Positions 1-13,200 of a stretch of 64,000 nucleotides of DNA are shown in pieces (positions within the stretch are counted from its first letter, which is position 1; every line of letters starts with the position of its first letter). Where the stretch lies: NCBI RefSeq assembly GCF_009914755.1, contig NC_060934.1, one strand, 5' to 3'. The position numbers and the translations under genes are program-made. The notes beneath the pieces are model-generated. The model had not been told where the DNA came from. It saw nothing but the letters and a program-made list of their open reading frames with translations, and did not search any database. The DNA is from the human T2T-CHM13v2.0 reference genome, Homo sapiens.

Positions 1-3000
1 GAATGAACTGGAATGGAATGGAATGCAATTTAATGGAATGAAATGGAATGGAATCAACCCGAGTGGAGTGGAATGGAATGGAATGGAAATGAATGGAATG
101 GAATGGAATGGAATGGAAACTAATGGAATGGAATGCAAACAACCCGAGTGGAATGGAATGCAATGGAATGGAATGGAATGGAATGGAATGGAATGGAATT
201 CAACGGAATGGAAACACCGCGAGTGAAATGGCATGGAATGGAAAGGACTTGAATGTAATGGAATGGATTGGAATCAACCCGATTAGAAAGCAATGGAATG
301 GAATGGAATGGAAAGGAATGGAAGGGAATGGAATGGAATGGAAAGGAAAGGAATGGAATGGATGGGATTGGAATGGAATGGAATGGATTAGAATGGAATG
401 GAATGGAATGAAATCAACCCGATTGGAATGGAATGGAATGCAATGTAATGGAATGGAATCAACTGGAAAGGATTGAAATGGAATGGAATGGAATGGAACG
501 GAATCAACCCGAGTGGAATGCAATGGAATGGAATGGAATGGAATGGAATGAAATGAAATAAACCCGGGTGGAATGGATTGGAATGGAGTGGAATGGAATG
601 GAATGGCATGGAATGCAACGGAATCAACTGGAATGGTATGGAATGGAATGGAATGGAATGGAATGGAATGGAATGGAATCAAACGGAATCAACCTGAGTG
701 GAATGGAAAGGAATGGAATGGAATGAATGGAATGGAAACTAATGGAATGGAATGGAAAGGAAACAACCCGAGTGGAATAGAAAGCAATGGAATGCAATGG
801 AATGGAATGGAATGGAATGGAATGGAATTTGATATAATGGAAAAAAAACCGACTGGAATGCAATGGAATGGAAAGGACTGCAATGTAATGGAATGGATCG
901 GAATCAACCCGATTCCAATGCAACGGAATTGAATGGAATGGAAACGAATGCAATGAACTGGAATGGAACGGAATGGAATGGAAATGAATGGAATGGAATG
1001 GAATGGAATGGAATGGAATGGAACGGAATGCAATGGAATGGAACAGAACGGAATGAACCCGAGTGGAATGGAATGGAATGGAATGGAATGGAATGGAAAG
1101 GAACGGAATAGAATGGAATGGAATGGAATGGAATGAACACGAGTGGAATGCAAAGGAATTTAATGGATTGGAACGGAATGGAATGGAATCAACCCGAGTG
1201 GAATAGAATGGAATGGAATGGAGTGGAATGGAATGGAATGGGACGGAATGGAATGGAATGGCATGGAATAGAATGGAACGGAACGGAAAGGAACGGAATG
1301 GAATGGAATGGAATGGTATCAACCTGAATGAAATGGAATGAAATGGAATGAAATGGAATGGAATCAACCAGAGTGGAATGCAACGGAATGGAATGGAATG
1401 GAATGGAATGGAATGAAATCAACCCGAGTGGAATGGATAGGAATAGAGAGGAATTGAATGGAACGGCATGGAATTCAATGGAATCAACTAGAATGGAATG
1501 TAATATAATGGAATGGAATGGAATGGAATAGAATCAACCCGAGTGAAATGGAATGGAAGGGAATGGAATGGAAAGGAATGGAAAGCAATGGATTGGAATC
1601 AAACAAATGGAATGGAATGGAATGGAATGGAATGGAAGAGAATGGATTCAATTCGAGTGCAATGTAATGGTATAGAAAGAAATGGAATGGAATGGAATGG
1701 AATGGAATCAACCAGAGTGCAATGGAATGGAAAGAAATTGAAATGAATCGAATGGAATGGAATGGAATGGAATGGAACGGCATGGAATGGAATGGAATGG
1801 AGTGGAATCAACACGAGTGGAATGGAATGGAATGGAATCTAACGGCATGGAATGGAATGGAATGGACTGAAATCAACCCGAGTGGAATGGAATGGAATGG
1901 AATGGACTGGAATGCAATGGAATGGAATGGAATCAACCCGAGTGGAATGAAATGGAATGGAATGGAGTGGAAAGGAATACAATGGAATGGAATGGAATGG
2001 AATGGAATGGAATGGAATGGAATGGAATGGAATCAACACGAGTGGAATGGAATGGAATGGAATGGACTGGAATAAACACGAGTGGAATGGAATGGAATAG
2101 AATGAAATGGAATCAACTCGAGTGGAAAAGAATGGAATGGAAAGCAATGGAATGGAAAGGAAAGTAATGGAGTGCACAGGAATGCAATGGTATGGAATTG
2201 AGTCAACCAGAGTGGAGTGGAAAAGAATGAAATGGAATGGAATGGAATGCAATGGAATGGAGTGGAATGGAATAAACACCAGTGGAACGGAATGGAATGG
2301 AATGGAATGGAATGGAATGGCATGGAATAGAATGGAATGGACAGGATTGGAATGGAATGGAATGGAACGGAATGCTATGGAATGGAATGGAATCAACTGG
2401 AAAGGAAAGAAATGGAATGGAATGGAATGGAATGGAATGGAATGGAATCAACAGGAGTGGAATGCAATGGAATGGAATGGAATGGAATAAAATCAACCCG
2501 TGTGGAATGCATAGGAATAGAGTGGAAAGGAAAGGAAAGGCATGGAATGCAATGGAATCAACTAGAATGGAATGGAATGTAATGGACAGGAATGGAATGG
2601 AATGGAATGGAAGGGAATGGAGTGGAATGCACTAGAATGGAATGGAATTGAATGAAATCAACCTGATTGGAATGGAATGGAATGCAATGGAATGGAATGG
2701 AATCACCTGGAAAGGAATCAAATGGAATGGAATGGAATTGAACGGAATGGAATGGAATGGAATGGAATGGAATGGAATCAACCCGAGTGGAATGCAATGG
2801 AATGGAATTGAATGGAATGGAATGGAATCAACCCGAGTGGAATGGATTGGAAGGGAGTGGAATGGAATGGAACGGCATGGAATGCAATGGAATCACCTAA
2901 AATGGAATGGAATGGAATGGATTGGAATGGAATCGAATGGAATCATCCTGAGTGGAATGTAATGAAATGTAATGGAATGGAATGGAATGGAATGGAATGG

Positions 3001-4509
3001 AATCGAATGGAATGGAATGGAATGCAATGCAATAGAATGGAATCAATTCGAGTGCAATGTAATGGTATAGAATGGAATGGAATGGAATCAAACAGAGTGG
3101 AATGGAATGGAATGGAATGGAATGGAATGGAATGGAATGGAATGGAATGGTATGTAACGGCATGGAATGGAATGGAATGGAGTGGAATCAACCCGAGTGG
3201 AAAGGAGTGGAATGGACTGTAAAGGCATGCAATGGAATGGAATGGAATGGAATGGAATAAACCCGAGTGGAATGGAATGGAATGCAATGGACTGGAATGG
3301 AAAGGAATGGAATCAACACGAATGGAATGGAATGGAATGGAATAAACACGAATGGAATGGAAGGGAATGGAATGCAATGGAAAGGAATGGAATGACCTGG
3401 AGTGGAATGGAATGGAATGGAATTTAATGGAATGGAATGGAATGGAATGGAATGGAATCAACCTGAGTGGAGTGGAATGGAAATGCATGGAATGGAATGG
3501 AATGGAATGGAACGGAACGGAATGCAATGAACCCGAGTGAAATGGAATGGAATGGAATGGTATGGAATCATCCCGAGTGGAATGGAATGGAATAGAATGG
3601 AATAAACACGAGTGGAATGGAATGGAATGGAATGGAATGAAATGGAATGGAAAGGAATGGACTAGAATAGAATGAAAATGAAAGGAATTTAATGCAATGG
3701 TATGGAATGGAGTCAACCCGAGTGGAATGGAATGGAATGTAATGGAATGAAATGGAATTGAATGGAATGCAATGAAATGGAGTGGAATGGAATAAACACC
3801 AGTGAAATGGAATGCAATGGAATGGAGTGGAATGGAAAGAAATGGAATGGAATGGAATGGAATGCAATGGACAGGAAAGGAATGGAATGGAATGGAATGG
3901 AATGGAATGGAATGGAATGGAATGGAATGGACTAGAATGGAATGGAATGGAATTAAATCAACCCTATTAGAATGGAATGGAATGCAATGGAATGGAATGG
4001 AATCAACTGGAAAGGAACAAAATGGAATGGAATGGAATGGAATGGAATGGAATGGAATCCACCCGAGTTGAATGCAATGGAATGGAATGGAATAAACCCG
4101 GGTGGAATGGATTGGATTGGAGTAGAATGGAATGGAACGGCATGCAGTGCAATGGAATCAAGTATAATGGAATGGAATGGAATGGAACAGAATCAACCTG
4201 AGTGGAATGGAATGGAATGGAATGGAATGAATGGAATGGAATGGAACGGATACTAATGGAATGGAATGGAAAGGAAACAACCCTAGTGGAATGGAATGCA
4301 ATGGAATGCAATGGAATGGAATAGAATGGAATGGAATGGAATGGAATAGAATGGAATCAACCTAAATGGAACGGAAGGGAATGGAGTGGAAAAGAATCGA
4401 AAGGAATTTAATGCAAAGGAATCAACCCGAATGGACAGGAATGGAATGTCATGGAATGGAATGGAATGGAATGGCATGGAACGGAAAGGAATGGAATGGA
4501 ATGGAATGG

Positions 4510-4845
4510 AATGGAATGCTACGGAATCAACCTGAGTGGAATGGAAATAAATGGACTGGAACAGTATGGAATGGAATGGATTAGAATGGAATCAACCACA
4601 GTGGAATGGAATGGAATGGAATGGAACGCTACGGAATCAACCTGAGTGGAATGGAAATAAATGGACTGGAACGGTATGGAATGGAATGGATCAGAATGGA
4701 ATCAACCACAGTGGAATGGAATGGAATGGAATGGAACGCTACGGAATCAACCTGAGTGGAATGGAAATAAATGGACTGGAACGGTATGGAATGGAATGGA
4801 TCAGAATGGAATCAACCACAGTGGAATGGAATGGAATGGAATGGA
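4510..4845 (+). repeat. 110-bp tandem triplication
   Basis: GCTACGGAATCAACCTGAGTGGAATGGAAATAAATGGACTGG...CAACCACAGT starts at 4518, 4628 and 4738 (period 110). Single copy at the homologous sites 6820, 22251 and 35381. Confidence 0.92.
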
Positions 4846-7800
4846 ATCAACCTGAGTGGAATGTAAATAAATGGACTGGAACGGTATGGAATGGAATGGA
4901 ATAGAATGGAATCAACCACAGTGGAATGGAATGGAATGGAATGGGATCAACCAAACTGGAATGGAATTGAACGGAATGCAAAGGAATCAAACCGAGTGGA
5001 ATGGAATGGAATCAACCAAAGTGTAATGGAATAGAATGGATGCAAAGGAATCAAACCAGTGGAATGGAATGGAAAGGAATGGAATGGAACAGCATGGAAT
5101 GGAAAGGAATGGAATGGAATCAACATGACTGGCATGGAATGGAATGGAAAGGAATGGAATGGAATGGAATGGAATGGTATGGAATCAGCCCGAGTGGAAA
5201 GGAATGGAATGGAATGGAATGGAATGGAATGGAATGGAATGAAATGGAATGGAATGGAATGGAACGGAATCAGCCTGAGAGGAATGGAATGGAATGAAAT
5301 GGAATGGAATGGAATCAACGAGAGTGGAACGGAATAGAATGGAATGGATTGGAATGGAATGGAAGGCAGTGGAAACAGCAGGAACGGAATTTAATGAAAT
5401 GGAATGGAATGGAATGGAATGGAACGGAATCAACCTGAGTGGAATGGAATGGAATGGAATGCAATGGAATGGAATGGAATGGAATCAACCCTAGTGGAAT
5501 GAAATGGAATGGAATGGAATGGAATGGAATGGAATGGAACGGAATGGAATGCAATGGAATCAACTGGAATGGAATGGAATGGAATGGAACGGAATGGAAT
5601 CAACCTGAGTGGAATGGAGTGGAATGGAATGGAATGGAACGGAATGGAATTCAACGGAATGGAAACAACCCGAGTGAAATGGCATGGAATGGAACGGACT
5701 TGAATGTAATGGAAAGGAGTGGAATCAACCCGATTAGAAAGCAATGGAATGGAATGGAATGGAATGGAATGGAACGGAAGGGAATGGAATGCAATGGAAT
5801 GGAAAGGAATGGAATGGAATGGAATCAACTGGAATGGAATGGAATGGAATGGAAGCAACAAGAAGTGGCATGGAATGGAATGGATTGGAATGGAATCGAA
5901 TCAACTGGAATGCTATGGAATGAAATCAAGCCAAGTGGAATGGAATGGAATGGAATGGAACCAACTGGAATGGAATGGAATGGAGTGGAATGGAATGGAA
6001 TGGAATGGAATGGAATCAACCCGAGTGCAATGGAAGGGAATGGAATGGAATGGAATCAACCCGAGTGGAGTGGAATAAAATGGAATGGAATGGAAGGGAC
6101 TCAACCCGAGTGGAACGGAATGGAATGGGATGGAATGGAATTGAATGGAATGGAATGGAATGGAATGGAATTAACCCGAGTTGAATGAATGGAAAGGAAT
6201 TGAATGGAATGGAATGGAATGGAGCGAAATGGAATTGAATGGAATCAACAAGTTTGGAATGGAATGAATGTAATGGAATGGAATAGAAAGTAATGGAACG
6301 GAATGGAATGGAATCAACCCGAATGGAAGGGAATGGAATTGAATGGAATGGAATGGATTGGAATCCACCCATGTGGAATGGAATGGAATGGAATGGAATG
6401 GAATGGAATGGAATGGAATAGAATGTAAAGGAATGGAATGGAAAGGAATGGAATGGAATGGAATGGAATGGAATGGAATGGAATGGAATGCAATTTAATT
6501 AAATGGAATGGAATCAACCAGAGTGGAATGGACTGGAATGGATTGGAATGGAAAGGAATGGAGTGGAATCAACCCGAGTGAAATGGAATGGAATGGGATG
6601 GAATGGAATGGAATAGAAAGGACGGGAATCAACCCGAGTGGAATGGAATGGAATGGAATGGATTCAACACGAGTGGAATGGAATGGAATGGAATGCAATG
6701 GAATGGAATGGAATGGAATCAACCAAAGCGGAATGGACTGGAATGGAATGGAATACAATGGAATGGAATGGAATGGAATGGAATCAGCTGCAGTGGAATG
6801 GAATGGAATGGAATGGAATGCTACGGAATCAACCTGAGTGGAATGGAAATAAATGGATTGGAACGGTATGGAATGGAATGGATTAGAATGGAATCAACCA
6901 CAGTGGAATGGAATGGAATGGAATGGAATGGAATCAACCTGAGTGGAATGTAAATAAATGGACTGGAACGGTATGGAATGGAATGGAATAGAATGGAATC
7001 AACCACAGTGGAATGGAATGGAATGGAATGGAATCAACCAAACTGGAATGGAATTGAACGGAATGCAAAGGAATCAAACCGAGTGGAATGGAATGGAATC
7101 AACCAAAGTGTAATGGAATAGAATGGATGCAACGGAATCAAACCAGTGGAATGGAATGGAAAGGAATGGAATGGAATGGCATGGAATGGAAAGGAATGGA
7201 ATGGAATCAACATGACTGGCATGGAATGGAATGGAAAGGAATGGAATGGAATGGAATGGAATGGTATGGAATCAGCCCGAGTGGAAAGGAATGGAATGGA
7301 ATGGAATGGAATGAAATGGAATGGAATGGAATGGAATGGAATCAGCCTGAGAGGAATGGAATGGAATGAAATGGAATGGAATGGAATCAACGAGAGTGGA
7401 ACGGAATAGAATGGAATGGATTGGAATGGAATGGAAGGCAGTGGAAACAGCAGGAACGGAATTTAATGAAATGGAATGGAATGGAATGGAACGGAATCAA
7501 CCTGAGTGGAATGGAATGGAATGGAATGCAATGGAATGGAATGGAATGGAATCAACCCTAGTGGAATGGAATGGAATGGAATGGAATGGAATGGAATGGA
7601 ACGGAATGGAATGCAATGGAATCAACTGGAATGGAATGGAATGGAATGGAATGGAATGGAATGGAACGGAATGGAATCAACCTGAGTGGAATGGAATGGA
7701 ATGGAATGGAATGGAACGGAATGGAATTCAACGGAATGGAAACAACCCGAGTGAAATGGCATGGAATGGAACGGACTTGAATGTAATGGAAAGGAGTGGA

Positions 7801-8160
7801 ATCAACCCGATTAGAAAGCAATGGAACGGAATGGAATGGAATGGAATGGAATGGAATGGAATGGAATGGAATAGAATGGAATGGAACGGAAGGGAATTGA
7901 ATGCAATGGAATGGAAAGGAATGGAAAGGAATGGAATCAACTGGAATGGAATGGAATGGAATGGAAGCAACAAGAAGTGGCATGGAATGGAATGGATTGG
8001 AATGGAATCGAATCAACTGGAATGCTATGGAATGAAATCAAGCCAAGTGGAATGGAATGGAATGGAATGGAATGGAATGGAACCAACTGGAATGGAATGA
8101 AATGGAATGGAATGGAGTGGAATGGAATGGAATGGAATGGAATGGAATCAACCCGAGTGG
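4510..8160 (+). repeat. ~2.1-kb tandem duplication (4510-6810 / 6811-~8160, second copy truncated)
   Basis: Matching ORF-track entries 4947/7034 and 5059/7146 (offset 2087). AAGCAACAAGAAGTGGC at 5853 and 7965. Both copies share AAGCCAAGTGG and CAGCCTGAGAGG where units B and C have AAGCCGAGTGG and CAGCCCGAGAGG. Confidence 0.85.
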
Positions 8161-10269
8161 AATGGAATGGAATGGAGTGGAATGGAATGGAACGGCATGG
8201 AATGATATGGAATCAAATAGAATGGAATGGAATGGGATGGATTGGAATGGAATCGAACGGAATCAACCTGAGTGGAATGGAATGGAATGGAAAGGAATGG
8301 AATGAATGGAAAGGAATGGAATGGAAACTAATGGAATGGAATGGAAAGGAAACAACCCGAGTGGAACGGAATGCAATGGAATGCAATGGAATGGAATTGA
8401 ATTCAATGTAATGGAAACAAACCGAGTGGAATGTAATGTAATGGAAAGGACTGGAATGTAATGGAATGGATTGGAATCAACCCGATTGCAATGCAATGGA
8501 ATGGAATGGAATGGAACGGATTGGAATGGAATGGAATGGAACGGAATGGAAAGGAACGGAACAGAATGGAATGGAATGGAATGGAATGAACATGAGTGGA
8601 ATGGAAAGGAATGGAATGGATTGGAATGGAATGGAATGGAATCAACCCGAGTGGAATAGAATGGAATGGAATGGAGTGGAATGGAATGGAATGGGACGGA
8701 ATGGAATGGAATGGCATGGAATAGAATGGAACGGAACGGAAAGGAACGGAATGGAATGGAATGGAATGGTATCAACCTGAATGAAATGGAATGAAATGGA
8801 ATGGAATCAACCAGAGTGGAATGCAACGGAATGGAATGGAATGGAATGGAATGGAATGGAATGAAATCAACCCGAGTGGAATGGATAGGAATAGAGAGGA
8901 ATTGAATGGAACGGCACGGAATGCAATGGAATCAACTAGAATGGAATGTAATATAATGGAATGGAATGGAATGGAATAGAATCAACCCGAGTGAAATGGA
9001 ATGGAAGGGAATGGAATGGAAAGGAATGGAAAGCAATGGATTGGAATCAAACAAATGGAATGGAATGGAATGGAATGGAAAGGAAGAGAATGGAATCAAT
9101 TCGAGTGCAATGTAATAGTATAGAATGAAATGGAATGGAATGGAATGGAATCAACCAGAGTGCAATGGAATGGAAAGAAATTGAAATGAATGGAATGGAA
9201 TGGAATGGAATGGAATGGAATGGAATGGAATGGAACGGCATGGAATGGAATGGAATGGAGTGGAATCAACCCGAGTGGAATGGAATGGAATGGAATCTAA
9301 CGGCATGGAATGGAATGGAATGGACTGAAATCAACCCGAGTGGAATGGAATGGAATGGAATGGAATGGACGGGAATGCAATGGAATGGAATGGAATCAAC
9401 CCGAGTGGAATGAAATGGAATAGAATGGAGTGGAAAGGAATACAATGGAATGGAATGGAATGGAATGGAATGGAATGGAATGGAATCAACACGAGTGGAA
9501 TGGAATGGAATGGAATGGAATGGAATAAACATGAGTGGAATGGAATGGAATGGAATGGAATAGAATGGAATGGAATCAACTCGAGTGGAAAAGAATGGAA
9601 TGGAAAGCAATGGAATGGAAAGGAAAGTAATGGAATGCACTGGAATGCAAAGGTATGGAATTGAGTCAACCAGAGTGGAGTGGAAAAGAATGAAATGGAA
9701 TGGAATGGAATGCAATGGAATGGAGTGGAATGGAATAATCACCAGTGGAATGGAATGGAATGGAATGGAATGGAATGGAATGGACAGGATTGGAATGGAA
9801 TGGAACGGAATGCTATGGAATGGAATGGAATCAACTGGAAAGGAATGAAATGGAATGGAATGAAATGGAATGGAATCAACACGAGTGGAATGCAATGGAA
9901 TGGAATGGAATGAAATGGAATGGAATAAAATCAACCCGAGTGGAATGCATAGGAACAGAGTGGAATGGAAAGGAAAGGCATGGAATGCAATGGAATCAAC
10001 ACGAATGGAATGGAATGGAATGGAATGGAATGGAATGGAATGGAATGGAATAGAATCAACACGAGTGCAATGGAATGGAATGGAATGGAATGGAATGGAA
10101 TGGAATGGAATAAAAACGAATGGAATGGAAGGGAATGGAATGCAATGGAAAGGAACGAATGACCTGGAGTGGAATGGAATGGAATGGAATTTAATGGAAT
10201 GGAATGGAATGGAATCAACCTGAGTGGAGTGGAATGGAATGGAATGGAAATGCATGGAATGGAATGGAA

Positions 10270-13200
10270 TGGAATGGAACGGAACGGAATGCAATGAACC
10301 CGAGTGAAATGGAATGGAATGGAATGGTATGGAATCATCCCGAGTGGAATGGAATGGAATAGAATGGAATAAACACGAGTGGAATGGAATGGAATGGAAT
10401 GGAATGAAATGGAATGGAAAGGAATGGACTAGAATGGAATGGAAATGAAAGGAATTTAATGCAATGGTATGGAATGGAGTCAACCCGAGTGGAATGGAAT
10501 GGAATGGAATGGAATGAAATGGAATGGAATGGAATGCAATGGAATGGAGTGCAATGGAATAAACACCAGTGGACTGGAATGGAACGGAATGGAATGGACA
10601 GGAATGGAATGGAATGGAAAGGACTAGAATGGCATGGAATGGAATGAAATCAACCCGATTGGAATGGAATGGAATGCAATGGAATGGAATGGAATAGAAT
10701 CAACTCGAGTGGAAAGGAATGGAATGGAAAGGAATGGAATGGAAAGGAAAGGAATGGAATGCAATGGAATGCAATGGTATGGAATGGAGTCAACCCGAGT
10801 GGAATGGAATGGAATGTAATGGAATGTAATGGAATGGAATGGAATGGAATGGAATGGAATGGACAGGAAAGGAAAGGAATGGAATGGAATGGAATGGAAT
10901 GGACTAGAATGGAATGGAATGGAATTAAATCAACCCTATTAGAATGGAATGGAATGGAATCAACTGGAAAGGAACAAAATGGAATGGAATGGAATGGAAT
11001 GGAATGGAATGGAATCCACCCGAGTCGAATGCAATGGAATGGAATGGAATAAACCGGGGTGGAATGGATTGGATTGGAGTAGAACGGAATGGAACGGCAT
11101 GTAGTGCAATGGAATCAACTATAATGGAATGGAATGGAATCGAACGGAATCAACCTGAGTGGAATGGAATGGAATGGAATGGAATGAATGGAATGGAATG
11201 GAACGGATACTAATGGAATGGAATGGAAAGGAAACAACCCGAGTGGAATGGAATGCAATGGAATGGAATAGAATGGAATGGAATGGAATGGAATGGAATG
11301 GAATGGAATGGAATGGAATGGAATGGAATTCAATGTAATGGAAACAAACCGAGTGGAATGTAATGGAATGGAAAGGAATGGAATGTAATGGAATGGATTG
11401 GAATCAAACTGATTCCAATGCAATGCAATGGAATGGAATGGAATGGATGTTCATGGAATGGAATGGAATGGAATGGAATGGAATGGAATGGAATGGAATG
11501 GATTCAACCCGAGTGGAGTGGAATGGAATGGAATGGAAATGAATGGAATGGAATGGAATGGAATGGCATGGAATGGAACGGAACGGAACGGAAAGAACCC
11601 GAGTGGAATGGAATGGAATGGAATGGAATGGAACGGAATGGAATGTACCCAATTGGAATGGAATGGAATGGAATGGAATGGAATGGAATGGAATGGAATG
11701 GCATGTAATAAACCCGATTGGAATGGAATGGAATGGAATGGAATGGAATGGAAAGGAATGGAATAGAATGTAATGGAATCAACTCGAGTGGAAAGGAATG
11801 GAATGGAAAGGAATGAAATGGAAAGGAAAGAATGGAATGCAATAGAATGCAATAGTATGGAATGGAGTCAACCCGAGTGGAATGGAATGGAATGGAATGG
11901 AATGGAATGAAATGGAATGGCATGGAATGCAATGGAATGGAGTGGAATGGAATAAACAGCAGTGGAATAGAATGGAATGGAAGGGAATAGAATGGACAGG
12001 AATGGAATGGAATGGAATGGAATGGAATGGAATGGAATGGACTAGAATGGAACGGAATGGAATGAAATCAACCAGATTGGAATGGAATGGAATACAATAG
12101 AATGGAATGGAATCAATTGGAAAGGAATGAAATGAATGGAATGGAATGGAATGGAATGGATTGGAATGGAATAGAATGGAATGGAATCAACCCGAGTAGA
12201 ATGCAATGGAATGCAAAGGAATGGAATCAACCACAGTGGAATGGAATGGAATGGAATGGAAAGCAATGGAATGGAATGGAATGGAATGGAATTAACCCGG
12301 GTAGAATGCAATGGAATGGAATGAAATGGAATGGAATGAAATCAACCCTAATGGAATGGATTGGAATAGAATGGAATGGAATGGAGTGGCATGGAATGTA
12401 ATGGAATCAACAAGAGTGGAATGGAATGGAATGAAATGGACAGGAATGGAATGGAATGGAATGGACTGGAATGGACTAGAATGGATTGGAATGGAATGAA
12501 ATCAACCCGATTGGAATGGAATGGAATGCAATGGAATGGAATGGAATCAACCCGAGAGCAATGCAATCGAATGGAATGGAATGGAATGGAATCACCCCGA
12601 GTGGAATGGATTGGAATGGAGTGAAATGGAATGGAGCCGCCTGGAATTCAATGGAATCAACTAGAATGGAATGGAATGGAATGGATTGGAATAAATGGAA
12701 TGGAATGGAATGGAAACTAATGGAATGTAATTGAAAGGAAACAACCCGAGTGGAATGGAATGCAATGGAATGCAATGGAATGGAATGGAATGGAATGGAA
12801 AGGAATGGAATGGAATGGAATGGAATTCAATGTAATGGAAAAAAAGCGAGGGAATGGAATGGAATGGAAAGGACTGGAATGTAATGGAATGGATAGGAGA
12901 CAACCCGATTCCAACGCAATGGAATGGAATGGAATGGAAAGGAATGGAATGAACTGGAATGGAATTGAAAGGAATGGAATGAATTGGAATGGAATGGAAT
13001 GGAATGGAATTTAATGGAATGGAATGGAATGGAATGGAATGGAATCAACCTGAGTAGAGTGGAATGGAATGGAATGGAAATGAATGCAATGGAATGGAAT
13101 GGAATGGAACGGAATGGAATGGAATGAACCCGAGTGGAATGGAATGGAATGGAATGGAATGGAATGGAATGGAATCTACCCGAGTAGAATGGAATGGAAT

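Larger units (their letters stand above)
1..8545 (+). repeat. Higher-order unit copy A (shortened: ~5.9 kb deletion, ~2.1 kb internal duplication)
   Basis: Landmarks colinear with copy C: GCAAACAACCCGAG 135 vs 25456; GATATAATGG-A-tract 831 vs 26162; GATACTAAT 4249 vs 29159; CAGCTGCAG 6785 vs 37793. At ~4345 it jumps from the equivalent of ~29240 to the equivalent of ~35190. Confidence 0.8.

Noticed and set aside
831-856. A-tracts (8 A at 841, 9 A at 26172, 7 A at 39785; AAAAAAAGCGAG at ~12839) as retroelement tails
   Set aside because: They align in register with GGAAACAAACCGAGTGG and arise by C>A change. There is no Alu/L1 body or target-site duplication.
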